Assembly (NCBI GenBank): GCA_024704765.1
Contig: JAKMXF010000221.1
Coordinates: 310,001 to 374,000, forward strand
Direction: 5' to 3'
Source of the DNA: Oopsacas minuta
Taxonomy: Eukaryota; Animalia; Porifera
DNA length: 64,000 bases
Each line of letters starts with the position of its first letter. The stretch's first letter is position 1. Of this stretch, positions 1 through 11,900 are shown one piece after another. The notes beneath the pieces were generated by a model. The model saw nothing but the letters and a program-made list of their open reading frames with translations, searched no databases and had not been told where the DNA came from. The position numbers were made by a program, and so were the translations under genes.

Positions 1-210
1 CTGCGGAATTGACCCATCAAACTGGTAGCTCGTTGACGTATGTTGTTCTCTAGATTTGGCAGGTACTGCTTGCTTGGAAGGATCAGCTGTTTTTATCTTA
101 GATGGTGCACCCACATAACAGCTCCCCGAGTAATTGTGAACTTCTCTTAGCTCAAATGGTTTGTAGCTGCTTTCTGAGACGCTCCCCTTGCTGAGTACCA
201 ACACTGACAT
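1..210 (-). CDS. Partial CDS of unknown function running off the window start
   Basis: Open minus frame from ATG at 210 to the edge (MSVLVLSKGSVSESSYKPFELREVHNYSG...). No recognisable motif; it may have upstream exons. Confidence 0.3.
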   Translation of the reverse strand, partial: MSVLVLSKGSVSESSYKPFELREVHNYSGSCYVGAPSKIKTADPSKQAVPAKSREQHTSTSYQFDGSIPQ

Positions 211-1199
211 TTCTTTGAGGATTACTAGTTTGTAATTGAAAGGCTATTACTCTCTTTATCAAAGTATGGTCATACTCCTATATTTATACTCGCCCGATTA
301 TTTCGAATCGATCTGCAGATGAGCTTGAATAGGCTGTAGCTCTGACATCCAAAACGCTGTTAATGACTCTAGATTATGATGTCATAACTAACCATGTATT
401 TGTATCGATTTCACCCAGTTCTTTGTGTTTATCTCTCCTTAAATTTTAGTAGTCCATTTAGAGACTGGTATATTAGCCAGCTCATCAGTTTTCAGCATTA
501 GGGTTACACATGTTTTTGGTTAATGTTAATACATTATATAATGCATATTTCAATTCGTATATTTTGAAATAGTTCGATAGTTCATTTACAGTTTTTTAGC
601 GTTTTTCTTATAACCCTATAGATTATCCCAAATTTGGATATTGTTATGAAATTTTATGGCCAGGAATGCTTTGTTATACATCGAGTGGATTATTTACCTG
701 ATTAATTCATAATTTTTGCACTATTTGTATATTTACTTATCAATGGGGATTATTCCCAGAAATTATTCCAGTTATTTATGGCCTACGTGTACAAATGTAC
801 ACAGCCATCCGACTTGTTGTTATGATTGCCAAACTGAAATATTTAATTCCTTAATTTTCTGGATATTCTATTACTAGTGAAGTTACTTATTATGAGAAAT
901 TAACTGTGTACTTTATTAATTCGATTTGATAAAGACCGCGTTTAATTCAATTCCCATTTCGTGATTATGCCAGTAATTTTTAGTTTATACGTATGATTAG
1001 TGTAAATAATTATTCCCAATACGTGCTGTGCTGTATTATCACGTATAAACTAACACAATGACCTGTATCATATCCAATATCAGTTCTCATACAAATTGTT
1101 TACGTATTATTTAATCACTTCGTTCATGCTATTCTCTTGTAAAATCAAAATTAATGCCATCAAGTGTTTCTACATAGGTAATATTCATTTTATACTCAA

Positions 1200-1775
1200 A
1201 TGGCTCAAGATATTATCAATGCTGTGAGGGACTGTGCCTGTACGGTGTGGTCGCCTGCCCCTTCAGAAGATGAGAGCACATCACAAAGATTATATTACTT
1301 CCTTAAGCCAGAAGGTCTGCTTAGACTTGTTTTCATCATTACTTGTGTTCTAATAATATCCTTATGTATCCCTCTCTATGAACAGCCAAGCATGATAGGT
1401 TTCTTGGTATATGCTCAAATATCATGTGCATTAATGTCTATGTACTATCTATTCTCTATACTACTTCGTGTTGCTGGTCTTCTACTCCGCGACCTCTTAT
1501 ACTTCAAAATTGATTTATTATTAGAAATAGTATTCACTGCATTTAATATTGCTAATATAATTGTATGGTTGATTTATTCAGTAAATCTTACTCATGAGTA
1601 TAAGCAGAATACTGCTAGTGGTATAGCTACATCTGGTAGTCGTTATGATAATATTAGTCTTACTAATTTCTGCTTCACTGCTACACTTATCATCTGCTCT
1701 TTATACTTTAGTGTTCTTTCCTCTTACGTCATTATCAGAAAGCCAATTGTCCTCCAGAAGGAGTACAACAACTGA
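1200..1775 (+). CDS. MARVEL-domain (CMTM/plasmolipin-like) four-TM protein
   Basis: Four hydrophobic segments; YFLKPEGLLRLV resembles the MARVEL N-terminal motif; intronless. Confidence 0.6.
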   Translation: MAQDIINAVRDCACTVWSPAPSEDESTSQRLYYFLKPEGLLRLVFIITCVLIISLCIPLYEQPSMIGFLVYAQISCALMSMYYLFSILLRVAGLLLRDLLYFKIDLLLEIVFTAFNIANIIVWLIYSVNLTHEYKQNTASGIATSGSRYDNISLTNFCFTATLIICSLYFSVLSSYVIIRKPIVLQKEYNN

Positions 1776-1996
1776 CAGTATCTTCCTATTCTCTTATGTA
1801 ATCTTGTTAATACCATATTTTCACGTTTCACTTGTTTTCATATTTTTATTGTTCTGGTTATACTCTAGATATGTCAGATTATTTATGTATTCTTCCTTAT
1901 ACATTTTGTAGTCACTTCTATTAAATATATATGTTTGCTTTATTATCCGTTATTGCAATATTTTGTTGTTATTTACTAGTTCAATCTACCTAAAAT

Positions 1997-3188
1997 ATGT
2001 CAATTATTGACAAGTTACAGCAATCCAGCATTCAAACTGAAAACATTGAAGGTTGTGATGATCTTCCAGATGTTTCCAGTTGGCTACAGAGTCCAACTGC
2101 TACTTGTGTACAAGAAGGGGATATTATTCTCCTTACTCCTAGAAAATGCAAAGGACGTTGGCCAGGTTTGGTCAAATGTATAAATGTTAGATCTAGAAAC
2201 GTAAAATATAGACAGCTTAAACGACCGAAGAGAATTTTGAGAAACAACAGAACTCGTAGAGAAGAAGACTTTACTTACTCATATGATTATTTGACAGTTC
2301 ATTTGTTAAACTTTCCTGATGCTCTCAGAATACAACAAGAGATTAAGCCTCTGTCTAAAGTAGAATTTTATTCGTTTGACAAACAAAAAACTGTTGTATC
2401 TGAATGGCAGAAGAGCAGTCATATTGAATACATCTCGAATTTGTTTAAAGCTTTTGAAGAGGCAGAAACTTATCTCAGGAAGAGAAGTGTACAGACTCTC
2501 AATCCTGGTACAGCTGTAGAGCAGTACATGCAAGTATGTAATTACACTATTTATTGTTATTATAGACTTATATCTTATTTTATAGGTCAAACGTTCTAGA
2601 TTGGATTTTAACTTTGAAGGAATTGAACATACTGATCAAGATAAACATTTCCGTATTGGAGATATTTCCTCTAACAATCTTGATACAAGTGAGACAGTAG
2701 TATCAGAATATTTGAATTCTTGTGTTGGATCGAATGAAGATGCTGATTCCACACTAGAGAGACAATCAAATCCAGATTTGGATGCAACGGAAGAACCAAA
2801 ACCTTGTTTGAGTACTGAGGAGTTTGTATGTTTAACTGATCGGTTAAAATGCTGTGAAGAGTTATTACGTGCTATATACCTTGGTAGACGATACTCTCTC
2901 AAACACAAAACTTATTTCTGTAACAACAGACAAGATAAGAATTTGCTAAAGCTCGCTTACGTCACTTCATTTGATGGTATTCCATACACACTGGATAACG
3001 CACAGAAAACTGATATTCTTGATATTGTGTTAGAATTCGCGAATGGTTTCGTGAATCGCGATCCTCGCAAGGAGACCTTCTCTGTCCCTACTTATGCCTA
3101 CGATGTGTTACTCCCCGAGTGCACTACCTGGCTTACTGTAGAACTAGAATCCTACCCACTAATATTTACAAGTAACCATTTTAATTAA
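1997..3188 (+). CDS. PWWP-domain protein, PWWP3A/MUM1-like (at least 2 exons; 3' end uncertain)
   Basis: GDIILLTPRKCKGRWPGLV is PWWP-like and AYDVLLPE resembles the MUM1 C-terminus. An intron of about 2534-2586 (gtatgt...tttatag) joins ORFs 1997 and 2601 in frame (QYMQ|VKRSRLDF). Confidence 0.55.
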
Positions 3189-3527
3189 CAAAGTTCTATC
3201 ATTTCAAGTGTTGCATTTTACACAATAATTACCTAATGTACAGTTTCTAGAAAAATGTTTACATCATCCACATACTTGTCTGTAAGTCGATAACTATACT
3301 CCTCCCATAGCACAACCTCTCCATCGTACTACTCTACGTTTTCTTATGAACAAGCAGATATTACTTTTTTAACAACAATCATATTACTTTGGGAAATTTA
3401 TATCTTTGATCAGATCAAAATGATCTATATGTTACCTTGGCGATATGATCAACATTTGAAATATTATACTTGAGTTAAGGGTAGTAGTCATCCCCATTTT
3501 GCAACATTACCGCATTGTTTACTTAGC

Positions 3528-5645
3528 ATGGTTCAGCCTAGCCATTATGCTGAAGATGCGCACCCCTCATTCAAACAATCTCCTCCTCTTTTTGATATCT
3601 GGGGATGTTTATTTATACTACTGGTATCTGCTGGGGTATACAGAAATTCATTGAATGCTGGATTTGTATTTGACGATCACAGAGCTATTCTAACAAACAA
3701 AGATTTAGAAACTGATGGAGAGAGGACTATATTTGACCTGTTCTACAATGACTTCTGGGGCGGGGCTATGTCTCGTACACAGAGTCATAAGTCCTATCGC
3801 CCCCTTACCGTTCTAAGTTACCGTTATTTGAATTACTTAATGTTTGGGAGAGAGCCATTCACTTATCATCTAATCAATGTATTGCTACATAGTGCAGTTT
3901 CTATCTCGGTATATCATTTGTCCCGTTTGTTAGTTAGAGACAGTTTATCGTCTCTGTTCGCTTCTCTACTCTTCTCAGTTCATTCTATACACACAGAAGC
4001 AGTAGCAAATACGGTAGGTCGTGCTGAGATTCTATCTGCTCTATTCTATGTGTTAGCTATCCTCGTGTATATGAGATCTATCCGTGGTTATCAATTCTAC
4101 TCACATATATTTCTATCTGTATTTCTATCTGCATGTGCTATGCTATCTAAAGAACAAGGTATTACTTCTATAGGGATATGTATTATAGCAGATGTGTTAC
4201 TACATTGGAATCAGCTGATACTCGTATTATGCAATCTGCCGAAGTATTTGGGTGCTACCAGAGCTGTGGTGAGGGAGAGGGTAGATTGGATTCCTAATTT
4301 TGCGGTTATTCACAGTTTAATTGTAAGATGCGTTATACTGGGGATCAGTGGAACTGCGCTAATGTTCTTCAGATTGAAAATGAACCATGGATCTCAGCCT
4401 ATATTTAATGAAACAGAATTGAGGCTACTGTTTCATTCAGACAGACATGTACGAGTGATGAGTATGGGGTATCTATATGCTTTTAATTACTGGTTATTAC
4501 TCTGTCCGTATCAGCTGTGTTGTGACTGGACACACCCTTCTATCCTTCCTGTCCTGTCTCTATCAGACTCGAGGAACATTTGGCTACCTCTTCTCTTATT
4601 ATTATTCTCTGCTCTGTCATTTAGATGTATTAGCTCTAGAGAAGATAGACTCCCTCTCGGCATGTCTATTGCACTAATTATAATACCGTTCATCCCTGCT
4701 ACTGGTATAATATTTAGAATAGGATTTATAATAGCAGAGAGAGTTCTATACTTACCAAGTATTGGTCATTGTATACTAACTGCTTATGGAGCTGACAAAT
4801 TGAAAAGGTAGAGATCACTAATATTTAAATTTCTAACTTATCGATATAATATTTTGTTGTTATTTAGACATCTACACTTCTCATATTTTAGGAAGTTACT
4901 ATATATTTTTTGTTTATTTGTTGTGTTGATACAAGTGTGGCGTACATGGCTCCGAAATGAAGATTGGCTAAGCGATCTCAACTTATACAAATCAGGAGTT
5001 AAACTTAATCCTCAGAATCCTAAAATGCATAACAACTATGCAATGGAGCTTAAGGATTCTGGGAGAGACGCTGAAGCGGAGTTACACTACTTGAGAGCTT
5101 TGGAGATTGAACCAGATTATGCAGATTCTTATTTTAACTTAGGAAATCTATATGCTGACTTAAGTAAGCTAGAAATTACTATTTAATGCATTCAATATGT
5201 GTTTAGATTATTGTCTACAGATATGCATGAGAAAGCTCTCGAAATGTTCATTAAGTCCGCTTCATTCGGACAGATGCGTGCTAAAACTATGAATAACTTA
5301 GCTACTATGTATATGAAACTACAGCGTTATTCAGAAGCAGAGAAGGCATTCCATGAGCAGATAGCGATGAATCCTAATCATAACATGGCACATAACAATC
5401 TAGCTAGTCTATATGGACAAACTGGGAGGAGAGAACTAGCAAAGAAACATTTCTTAAAAGCACTTGAAATAAATCCTAGCTACGCAGAAGGTCACTTCAA
5501 TCTGGGAACTTTATATTACCAACTCGACCAGTTAGATTTAGCTGAAGACCATTTAAGACGGTCAATTCATATTAATCCTAAACACAAAGGAGCTGTCAAT
5601 AATCTAAACGTGGTATTATATGCTAAGAATCAAAAACCGAATTAA
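3528..5645 (+). CDS. TMTC: TMTC-family protein O-mannosyltransferase (TM region, DUF1736, TPRs), 3 exons
   Basis: Motifs FVFDDHRAI, DFWG, HKSYRPLT, SKEQG, GFIIAERVLYLPSIG and C-terminal TPRs; short GT-AG introns at about 4809-4890 and 5165-5219. Confidence 0.9.
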
Positions 5646-5915
5646 GAATTTTATATTTTGTATTCTCAGCCATGCAACCCAATTGCTTACCAAATCTTGC
5701 TTTTCTAAGTTTTATCAAACTTTTCGTTTTGTTAAGTAATGATGCTTTAGTTATTAAAATGAGGTTATTGAGTATTCTAAAAGTTTTAATAATTTATTAT
5801 AGGAAAATGCGAGTAGAATACAAGTAATTATGAGGGAAATATCGGTTAATTTACTAATTAATCTGACTGGATTCTCTTCTGGTTGACTTCTGGTTAAAAC
5901 ATTTACTAATTCTGG

Positions 5916-8900
5916 TTAATTTTCCGGGTACCACTCAAGAGGTTGTACTTCCATTAATTCAATCTTTTCTGTATCATCAGCTAGATTGATACCTTCCTCA
6001 ATCAATTCTGTAGATAAATCGTTAATATAGGTTGCTGTTGTATTTTGAGGAATGTCTGATGAAGTTGCTTTATCTATATCTGGTAAATGAAATGAATCAT
6101 CTGTGTCTGTAAGTTCATTGTTTGCTGGTTGAGTTATAACATTATCAGGAGTATTAACTTCATTCTGATCATTTACTTCTTGTAGAAAGCACCAGACCGA
6201 GCAAGATCTGAATCTACTAACTTTATACAATACCTTCTCAGTCTGTTTCATTATATAATTGTATAATTCTAGCAATTTATAATTATCGATATCACAGCCT
6301 AACTCCAAGAGCTGTATTAATTGAGAAGCAAATGTCCATCTTATAAATGTTATTGGCTTAGAATCATCGTATTTATTATTCATAACTCTAGTCTGTTTGG
6401 TGTCATTGAAATAAGAGATTATCGCAGTTCTTGAAGATTCTTTGGGAATATAGCTCAATATTTCATCCAGTGAAGCCTGTAATCAAATACACACAGTTTT
6501 AAAGAATAAAATGATACTTTAGTTATTACTAAACTAACCCATCTTAATGTATTCTGTGTTTTATGATACTGTGCATACCTTCTCAAGGTTATTTTCCTGT
6601 GATATTTCATTTTTGTTACTACCTTAACGTAGATAGCCTGTACAAATATACTGGTTATTGAGAAATCCTCTTCAGGGTACTCTAGCAATGGTTCATACAA
6701 CTTTTTAGACAATTTGTGTACGCAGATATCAGATATAATTCTATCTCTGAGATCGATAATACTCCAGAATGCTTGTGGTTCATCATCAGGAAATACGAAT
6801 CCCTGACATGCTAAGATCCTACCTTCATTTGAATTCGGTGATACCTATAGACAATGTAGGTAAGTTTATATTATTAATTCTATCACTAAACACTACTAAC
6901 CATTCTTTCCCTTGGTAAGTTATATCTCTTTGGTGTGGTATTGCTTAAGAGATCCTTGATGGCTGAGACTGATACCCAGTTATTAGAAGTACTATTCAAT
7001 CTCCACACACAAAAAGGAAGTAATTCATCATTATTTCCATTCTTTCTGTTAATCGTAAGAGTAGGACGAACAATATCAACAATGCGGTAATTGTAATCCT
7101 GTGAGAGATCTATGAATTTGAGATCTGTATTTGCCTTAACATTAAGGTAGTCAGTTATCCCTGTAGAATAGTATACAGATTAGTTGCAGGTAAACATTTT
7201 ATATCGTATTATCAAGTTAAAATCATACTTCCTACACTATAGATATGATTAACTTACAACTTGAGAATTCTTGTGGTCTTGTTACCAATACATCTATGTT
7301 CCTAGCGAATCCATTCCAGTTTATGTCATTAACTACTTTGATTAACTGAGTGGGATTAGCTCCTACTGCTAATAACAGTATTATCAACTCTAAACGCTCG
7401 TTGTATGTTAAGAGGTTCATACATGCTATTTCATTAACAGTAAGATCATCTCTTTGTATGCAAATATACCTAGTTTCTGATATTGAAGCTTTCCAGCATT
7501 TCACTCTTAAACTTTCACACAGTTTGTCAACCTCACATCGATTAGAAGAGATAAATGCTCTCTCTAAATCAGAGAGAAGAACAACTTCATAATTCTTTGG
7601 GTTATGCAGAATGTGTATTTTAATAACGTTATTGAATGTTAAGCCCTGTTTAGATATTATCCTAACCATCCTTCTATTAACTAAAACTGTTTTAATTAGG
7701 ATTTCCATTTCATTGTGTTCATATTTGGTTATAAGATTAGGACATAGTCTGTAAGGCCATTCTGATGGTTTATGAGATAATAATGAAGTTATTTGCTTGG
7801 AGTTGAGACGATCCAGATACACCATATCTTTATGGAGTAGATTTGATGAATGTAGGAAAGTGAAATGGTCAAATTCATCTGGTAAATAAAATCCTTGAGC
7901 TTGTAGAAGAATGTGTTCTAAAGAGTTCCGTTGGAATGTTTTAATCAAGTGTTTGTACTTTTTTTCCAAGAGTTCAGTCGAAACTCCGAGACTGCTCGTT
8001 ACCTAAATTAGAAAGTTAGAGTATGTGCTAGAGTAGCGCAAAACAAAGTACTTACTGATTGTAGAATTAATCCATCTCTGTTCTTAGAAACCATCCATTT
8101 CCTCAATTTATTCGGTTGATATCCTTTATTACAAATGTTTGTAAAGTCGTGAACTTGTCGTGTGTTGAAGTCTTGTATTAATCTCAGCTGTTGAAATATA
8201 TGTAGAGCTACTGGGCCAGGTAGACCGAGGCTATGCAACAAACTCAGAGATTGTAGATCCTCTACTCTTACTAGTGTGTATGGGAGCTGTAACGATTCAC
8301 AGGCTTCATCTACAGAAATAAATTGAATTACTGGAAATATGACCTTCGAAGATAATAATTTTTACCTCCAACTTGTTTTATGATTTTTTGGTAGAATACT
8401 AAATCTTTCGTTTTGAAGATTTGGTCAATTGAAATTCTCATTTCTACAGCTACTTCCTCTAGAATATAGTAGAATTCACAATAATCTGGAATACTATACA
8501 CGGGGCATATATGTTTGGGCAATACTTTCATTTTCCTGACATTATTAGTGATCACTAGTTTCGTTTTATGCGGCCCAATCTTAAAGAATTCTGTGACGTA
8601 TTTCTGATCAGGATTTATTTCTTTTGTACATTCAAATCCGTTACTCGTAATATTTTTACAAGCAAAGTATGTTAGCCATATTTTGTGTAATGGTATGCCC
8701 GTTAATCTGAGAGATATGAACAGCTGGAGATCTGGTGTGGCTGTTAGGACAGATATGTCTAAGTGTTCAGGACACCCTCCCTTAAATGCTATCACAAGCT
8801 CTTGACTACACATCCCGAGATAATCTCCTAACTCTTCAGCAGAGAAGTATATACAGTTAGACTTTATCATGGTTACAGGCTTAAGAGGAGTAGGAGGTGA

Positions 8901-11900
8901 GCTATGTATATATTTAAGAGGTAGTCTGAGTTTGATAGGTTTGTTTTTATTCCATACTGTTTTGATTTTAAACTCATCAGTTGAATCAAATTCACTCTCT
9001 TCAACATCAGAGGACTTATCATGATTTGTGAAGATTGTACCCAAAAGATTGGAAGAAAAAAAATATGTTACTTTTGCTGGGTCAGACCCTTCAATTGTTG
9101 ATTCTGAATGGTCTCTGGGTGTATAATATTTGTGTAATTTATCAAACATTATCCTGAAATTGATGGGAATTATCCCTAACATCTTAGCCTTAATAGCCTT
9201 ATTTACTATGTACTTTGGAGTTAGGAATAGTTTGTCTTTCCAAAGCTTCGCTCCTTGTTCCATGATTTCTAACAAATCCAATTCATCTTCAATTTCCAAT
9301 GAGAAAGGTTTGAGTTTGGAGTGCAGGAACTCAAAATTCCAATCCAGAAAATCAGCTAATTCGCTATGTAATATCCATTCCCCAGGCCTGCTGGATAGTT
9401 TGTAACTGCTAGGAACCCTGATTATATCTTCAGGTTTATTCACTAATGCTTTTAATTTAGTGACAGTGTGCGTAACAACTGGCTTTGCAATTTCTTTAGT
9501 GACAGTGTGCGTAATTCGCGGCTTCGGAATATCTTTGAGTTTTTTTCCACTTACTGAAGAGATCTTTGGTTTCTTGTCTGGCATTTTTTTGACAGTCTCG
9601 TCTTCCTCAATCGGCCTTTTGGTACCAGTCTCCTGAGATACTGTAGGTTTTATTGTTAGTAAAATTCTCTTCTGTTGTACAGGCGAGAATTTAATCATTT
9701 TATATACATTCAACAGTTTTTCTTTAAAGAACCCCAATTCTCTGAGATGCAGGAAGCTAGTTAGATATTCTTTCGGGTATAGTACTGTGTGTTTCATATA
9801 GTGAGGAATACCAAATGCGACAAGCATTTTAATATATCGTTTGAAAGTTGCTCTCGTTTCTGGATTAGCGTTTGTGTATGAGTATGATGGGATATTAGCA
9901 TAACTACTGAGAATATTTTGTAGACGAGTCAGTGGGATATTTGTAAATTTAGCCATATCGTGTAAAAGCACCATATTAACACTATTTTCACCTTCACATA
10001 TGTTATATACCATGATTTGGTCACGAGGCTTGAAAAGGTAGTGATCTTCAAATATTTTAAGAATGATCGTTTTATCAGATTCAGGATCTCTCACTGTATG
10101 TATTTTAAAATCAGTCGAGTATATATCTTTCTTACTGTTTATTGTATGTTTACTCTTTCTTATTAGCTTTGCTGTTGATACGATTGTGAGCACTTTTTGT
10201 GTAGTGCTATTTACTAGATTGTATAGTTCAATTAGTTTTACATTGTAAAAGCCGACTTGCCTTAATTGTAAGAGAATATTGATTTCATTCAAAGGGTATA
10301 TCGTTAGGTTTTTGTATCTGGGGACTCCTTGTAGAGCTAATTCCTCGGCATATAGCTGAAAATCTCTCTGTAAAACTACTGTTTTTGAGTTTTTGGAGTA
10401 ATAAGTAACTCCATAGCTGAGTAGAATAAGGAACAAGTTTGAAGGAGGTATTTGAGTGAATTCTGCCAGATGATGCAAGATTACAACTTGTCTGTCACTA
10501 ACAGTGTATACCTTTATTGATTTATTCTGTTTCTTCAAATTCTCAATATCCACAACCTTCAACTTGATCGACTTTTTCTTAACATTCTCAACAGTTAGAA
10601 TCTTGAAATCAACAGTTAGCATTTGTAATGCCTTGTATTTGAATATTTTCAGTGGGTCTACAGGCTCTTTAGCAATGTTAATTGAAAAATCTCTAAGTTC
10701 TATATCTCTGCTTGCTGCTGTAGCTGCAGGTGGGACCGGGGGAGGAACGCTTACCTTCTTCTCTTTGGTCCATAGACTGAAATTTATCTTCTCTTTTTTG
10801 GATTTCATGTCCAAGATCCATTTCACTTTTGAGCATTCAATCATACGGATAAGAGTGTAGCTGCCTAGATCAAACCCTTGTAGTGACAGGCTCTTTCTGT
10901 CTGTGTCTGACTTAACTACATAGATGTACACTTGGTATCTAACTTCAAGTATTGTAATTGGTACTTCAGCATGTTTCCCAAGATCTTCCAAAAGGATGTA
11001 TCCTCCCTTTTTGCTTGGTAGTTTCCATATCTTAGCAGGTTCCTTAGCTGGAGAGACTGCTTCCTCTGAGATTGAGGGAGGTTTCTGTTTATCGTCGTGA
11101 TCCCAGAATCTGATATCACTAAGAACTCTATTCACATAAGTATAGGATAGCAGTTTATTTCCATTTTGTTCAGTTATATAGAATCCGTTTGCAAACACAG
11201 TTTCCACCTGCTTTTTGTTCCACTTAAGATGCTTAGCCAACTCAGGTACAGTAACAAATTGCTCGCTATCAGACAGATCTTGGTCCTCCATTGTTTCTGG
11301 ATATACGCTATTCCGTCCTACGTCCTCTTCTTCACTGGATATCGTTATCGGAACAACTTTCAAACGTTCAAAAGTATTATGACTCGCAAGATCAGGTGTT
11401 GGTGGATAAGACTTTATTTGTGTGAATTTGCTAAGTATCAATTTCCCACGAGCATAGCCGTAGGTAGCATAAGTATCCAATTCAGATAGTGCCTATTTCA
11501 ACACGAATATATAAACTCAAATAGGAAGGGTTAACTGTACAACTTACCAGTTGTAGACGGTCTGTATAGAGACACACCATGGATTCGAGATAGTGAGGGT
11601 CTTTCTGAACATCTCTGACAATATTCTCCCATTTGCCCACCCTACATAGTCCAAGCCCTGCATCTAGTGCTGAAACACTGAATTCCATTATGGTAACCAT
11701 ATCCTGTAGATTCACATTCATTTTATTCATTAACTCACGGATAATAAAGTATGTATTATTCTTGTTATCTTCAAATTGTAAGAAATCTACTCCAGGCTTA
11801 GATCCTTTCTTCACACCTCTCGGTAATTGTTTCTGTCCAAAAATGTGAGTAATAAGATTATTACCTTTGTATTTCTCTCCCATAGTGTGTAGTTCCGCGA

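Noticed and set aside
540-1190. Recurrent ttattccc/ttcccagaa motifs as a repeat element or STAT sites
   Set aside because: Short, degenerate and expected by chance in AT-rich DNA; no defined unit or inverted termini.
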